Source of the DNA: Eledone cirrhosa
Lineage: Eukaryota
Reading direction: 5' to 3'
NCBI GenBank assembly: GCA_964016885.1
Contig: OZ024740.1
Location: 187,240,001-187,304,000 of the forward strand
DNA: 64,000 nt
Positions 61,929 to 64,000 of this stretch are shown in pieces. The position numbers were made by a program, and so were the translations under genes. Positions within the stretch are counted from its first letter, which is position 1, and the number at the start of each line of letters is the position of its first letter. The notes below the pieces were generated by a model. The model was not told the DNA's origin and did no database searches. It saw nothing but the letters and a program-made list of their open reading frames with translations.

Positions 61929-63298
61929 TTAAGTGTTTACATTTATCAAAAAACTTCCATCATTCTTTTGTGCAAAGACTTATGTTAAGTTATAGTCAAG
62001 GCATCAGCTTCAGAATGATATAGTTACATTAATAAACGCCTCAAAATTCTTTATTTTCAAAAATATTTAAAAATCAAAGGCAATGTCTTTCATTAGAAAT
62101 ATGGCAATGGTGAGCTCAAATGATTTATACCATAACATTTAGAGTAACAATTATACACTGAGATGTGTGCCACTGTGAGAACAATTTGTAGTATGGTAGA
62201 GGCACAAATATAGACATCTGAGCACCAATGATATTAACTTCAAGTCTTATTTACTTTTGGATTTATCTTGGCAAAATAGGCAAAGTACAAAATTAAAGTA
62301 GAGATTGTCAACTAAGTATGGCATGACATGGTCAGGTAACTCCTGAGGGAATTATAGGAGTGCCACATTGACATATGTGCGTCTAGGGAATTTTTAAACC
62401 TGGCAGAGCCCATCTCATCTCCAAGTCTGAGTACAGCATATTTCTCCCAGAGAAGGATATAGAGTGAGAGAATGGAAATGAGAAAGAGATATAGAGGAAG
62501 AATTCACCCCAGTATTAGACTGGTTCTTTTTTATTGACCTCAAATGGATGAAATGCAAAGTTAGCTATAAAATAGGTAAATAATCATACTTAAGTCTGAG
62601 TTGGCAAGACACAAGCATAGAATAATGGACGTAAAATGATGATGATGAATGCCTGAGGAAAAGAATTATATTCACCACAGAAACAACTTTCATAAGTTTC
62701 CTTGATCGCATTGAATCTGGAATAAGCAAACAAACAATAATATACAAAGTTGATAGGTTTTCATAATTTTTTAAATTCTGACTTTACATTTTAGTCACTA
62801 TATTCGATAGAACTGAGACTTTTGTGGATATAGAAATTCAAACCTGAAAGTTAATACTGTTCTGGTGAGTAAAAGTTGTTATACAAGTTGTGAAACTGGA
62901 AAAATACCATGTGCAATAATGAGTCAGTAGCTTGAAAGTGATTTTTCTCTCTGGTAATTAATTTAAGTGCTAAGTGTTAAAAGTCTACAGATTAATTATT
63001 AATTAGTGAATTACAATTTTATAACACACACATATGCAGACATGTGTGTGTATGGTGATGATGACGATGTGTGTGTGTCTACTAGCATAATACCTGTACA
63101 AAAATGATGAGGTGTTTAGTAAAATAATATTTAATTTAATATTTCCTTGATTACTACATTCTATGTGAAGTTGCTTGAATCATCAAGTTATTCTTCACTT
63201 TTGTAATCTTCAATCTGCTATCACCTTCTTCAAACTTGTATTGTCTCCAACATTGTATGCCTTTGTGGACATAAAAGAAATCATTATTATTAGTTTCA

Positions 63299-63485
63299 GT
63301 GAATTGGCAGTATTGGTAGAGGGTCAGACATGCTTTCCAGCGTAGTTACGTCCCTTTACGATCTGAGTTCAAATTCCGCCAAGGTTAACTTTGCCTTTCA
63401 TCCTTACGGGGTCGATAAAATAAAGTACCAGTAATGCACTGGGTAATTGCTAGCCTTGTGCCAAAAATAGAAACAATTATTATTA
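63299..63485 (+). mobile_element. SINE family B
   Basis: Matches 49198-49384. Confidence 0.85.
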
Positions 63486-63679
63486 GTTTCAGCTCTTTAT
63501 CTTCATAGTTTATATCCTGCTGAGGTCAACCTTATATTTCAGCCTTCTGGGCACCAATTAAAGTACCAGCCATATACTGAAGTGAATTTAATTATATAAC
63601 CCATCCACCATTTTCTACAACATTATTACATTGGAAATTCTTATAATTTTTATGATGTATAGCACTCTATTTTTTAAAT

Positions 63680-64000
63680 GTGCTCCGATGGATGTGTAAT
63701 GTTAGTGTGCATGAACCATATAGAAGAAGCAAGCTGAGAGAAAAACTTAGAATAAGAGGAAGTGGATGTAGTGGGCAATATATCTAACCCATGCAAGCAT
63801 GTAAGATAAACCTAAAACTATGACGATGACAATATATATCAATATATATATTATCCAATCCATGCTTGCATGGAAAAATAGATGTAAAATGATATGTATT
63901 CATAAACACAGTGAACATGCAGAGGCTGAAGGGAAATGAGGCAAGCATGCTTCAATGGGTGTGCAATATTAATGTGTAAGAATGACAAAGCATAGATGAA
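63680..64000 (+). mobile_element. Decayed RTE 3' fragments
   Basis: TGCTCCGATGGATGTGTAAT and GAAATGAGGCAAGCATGCTTCAATGG match the NEACMLRWMC region. Confidence 0.65.

Noticed and set aside
62652-62725. Possible host exon on the minus strand after TTATTCCAG (FNAIKETYESCFC...)
   Set aside because: Short, no recognisable homology and no partner exons; needs RNA-seq.
63150-63270. Possible mariner N-terminal remnant on the minus strand
   Set aside because: Similarity too weak and no TIR found.

Overview
Eukaryotic, AT-rich, repeat-dominated DNA (intronic or intergenic). No host exon can be supported. The repeat content ((CAT)n-tailed RTE LINEs, two tRNA-headed SINE families, very long interrupted (TA)n arrays) is most consistent with an octopod cephalopod genome; this is an inference. 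Real coding sequence is all retroelement- or transposon-derived: several RTE copies including a tail-to-tail pair with a PHD finger inside the RT region, one CR1-group LINE with an uninterrupted APE+RT ORF, four Penelope-like element (PLE) segments from at least three lineages, and a mariner remnant. Nearly all YI/IY-rich ORFs in the track are microsatellite artefacts. The strongest unexplained structure is a set of about a dozen minimal type-I hammerhead ribozyme (HHR) motifs from several unrelated short families sitting in (TA)n tracts. These occur with many fold-back palindromes and inverted repeats, four of which have their symmetry centre or breakpoint inside an HHR-like motif. All structures were read by eye and need computational confirmation.
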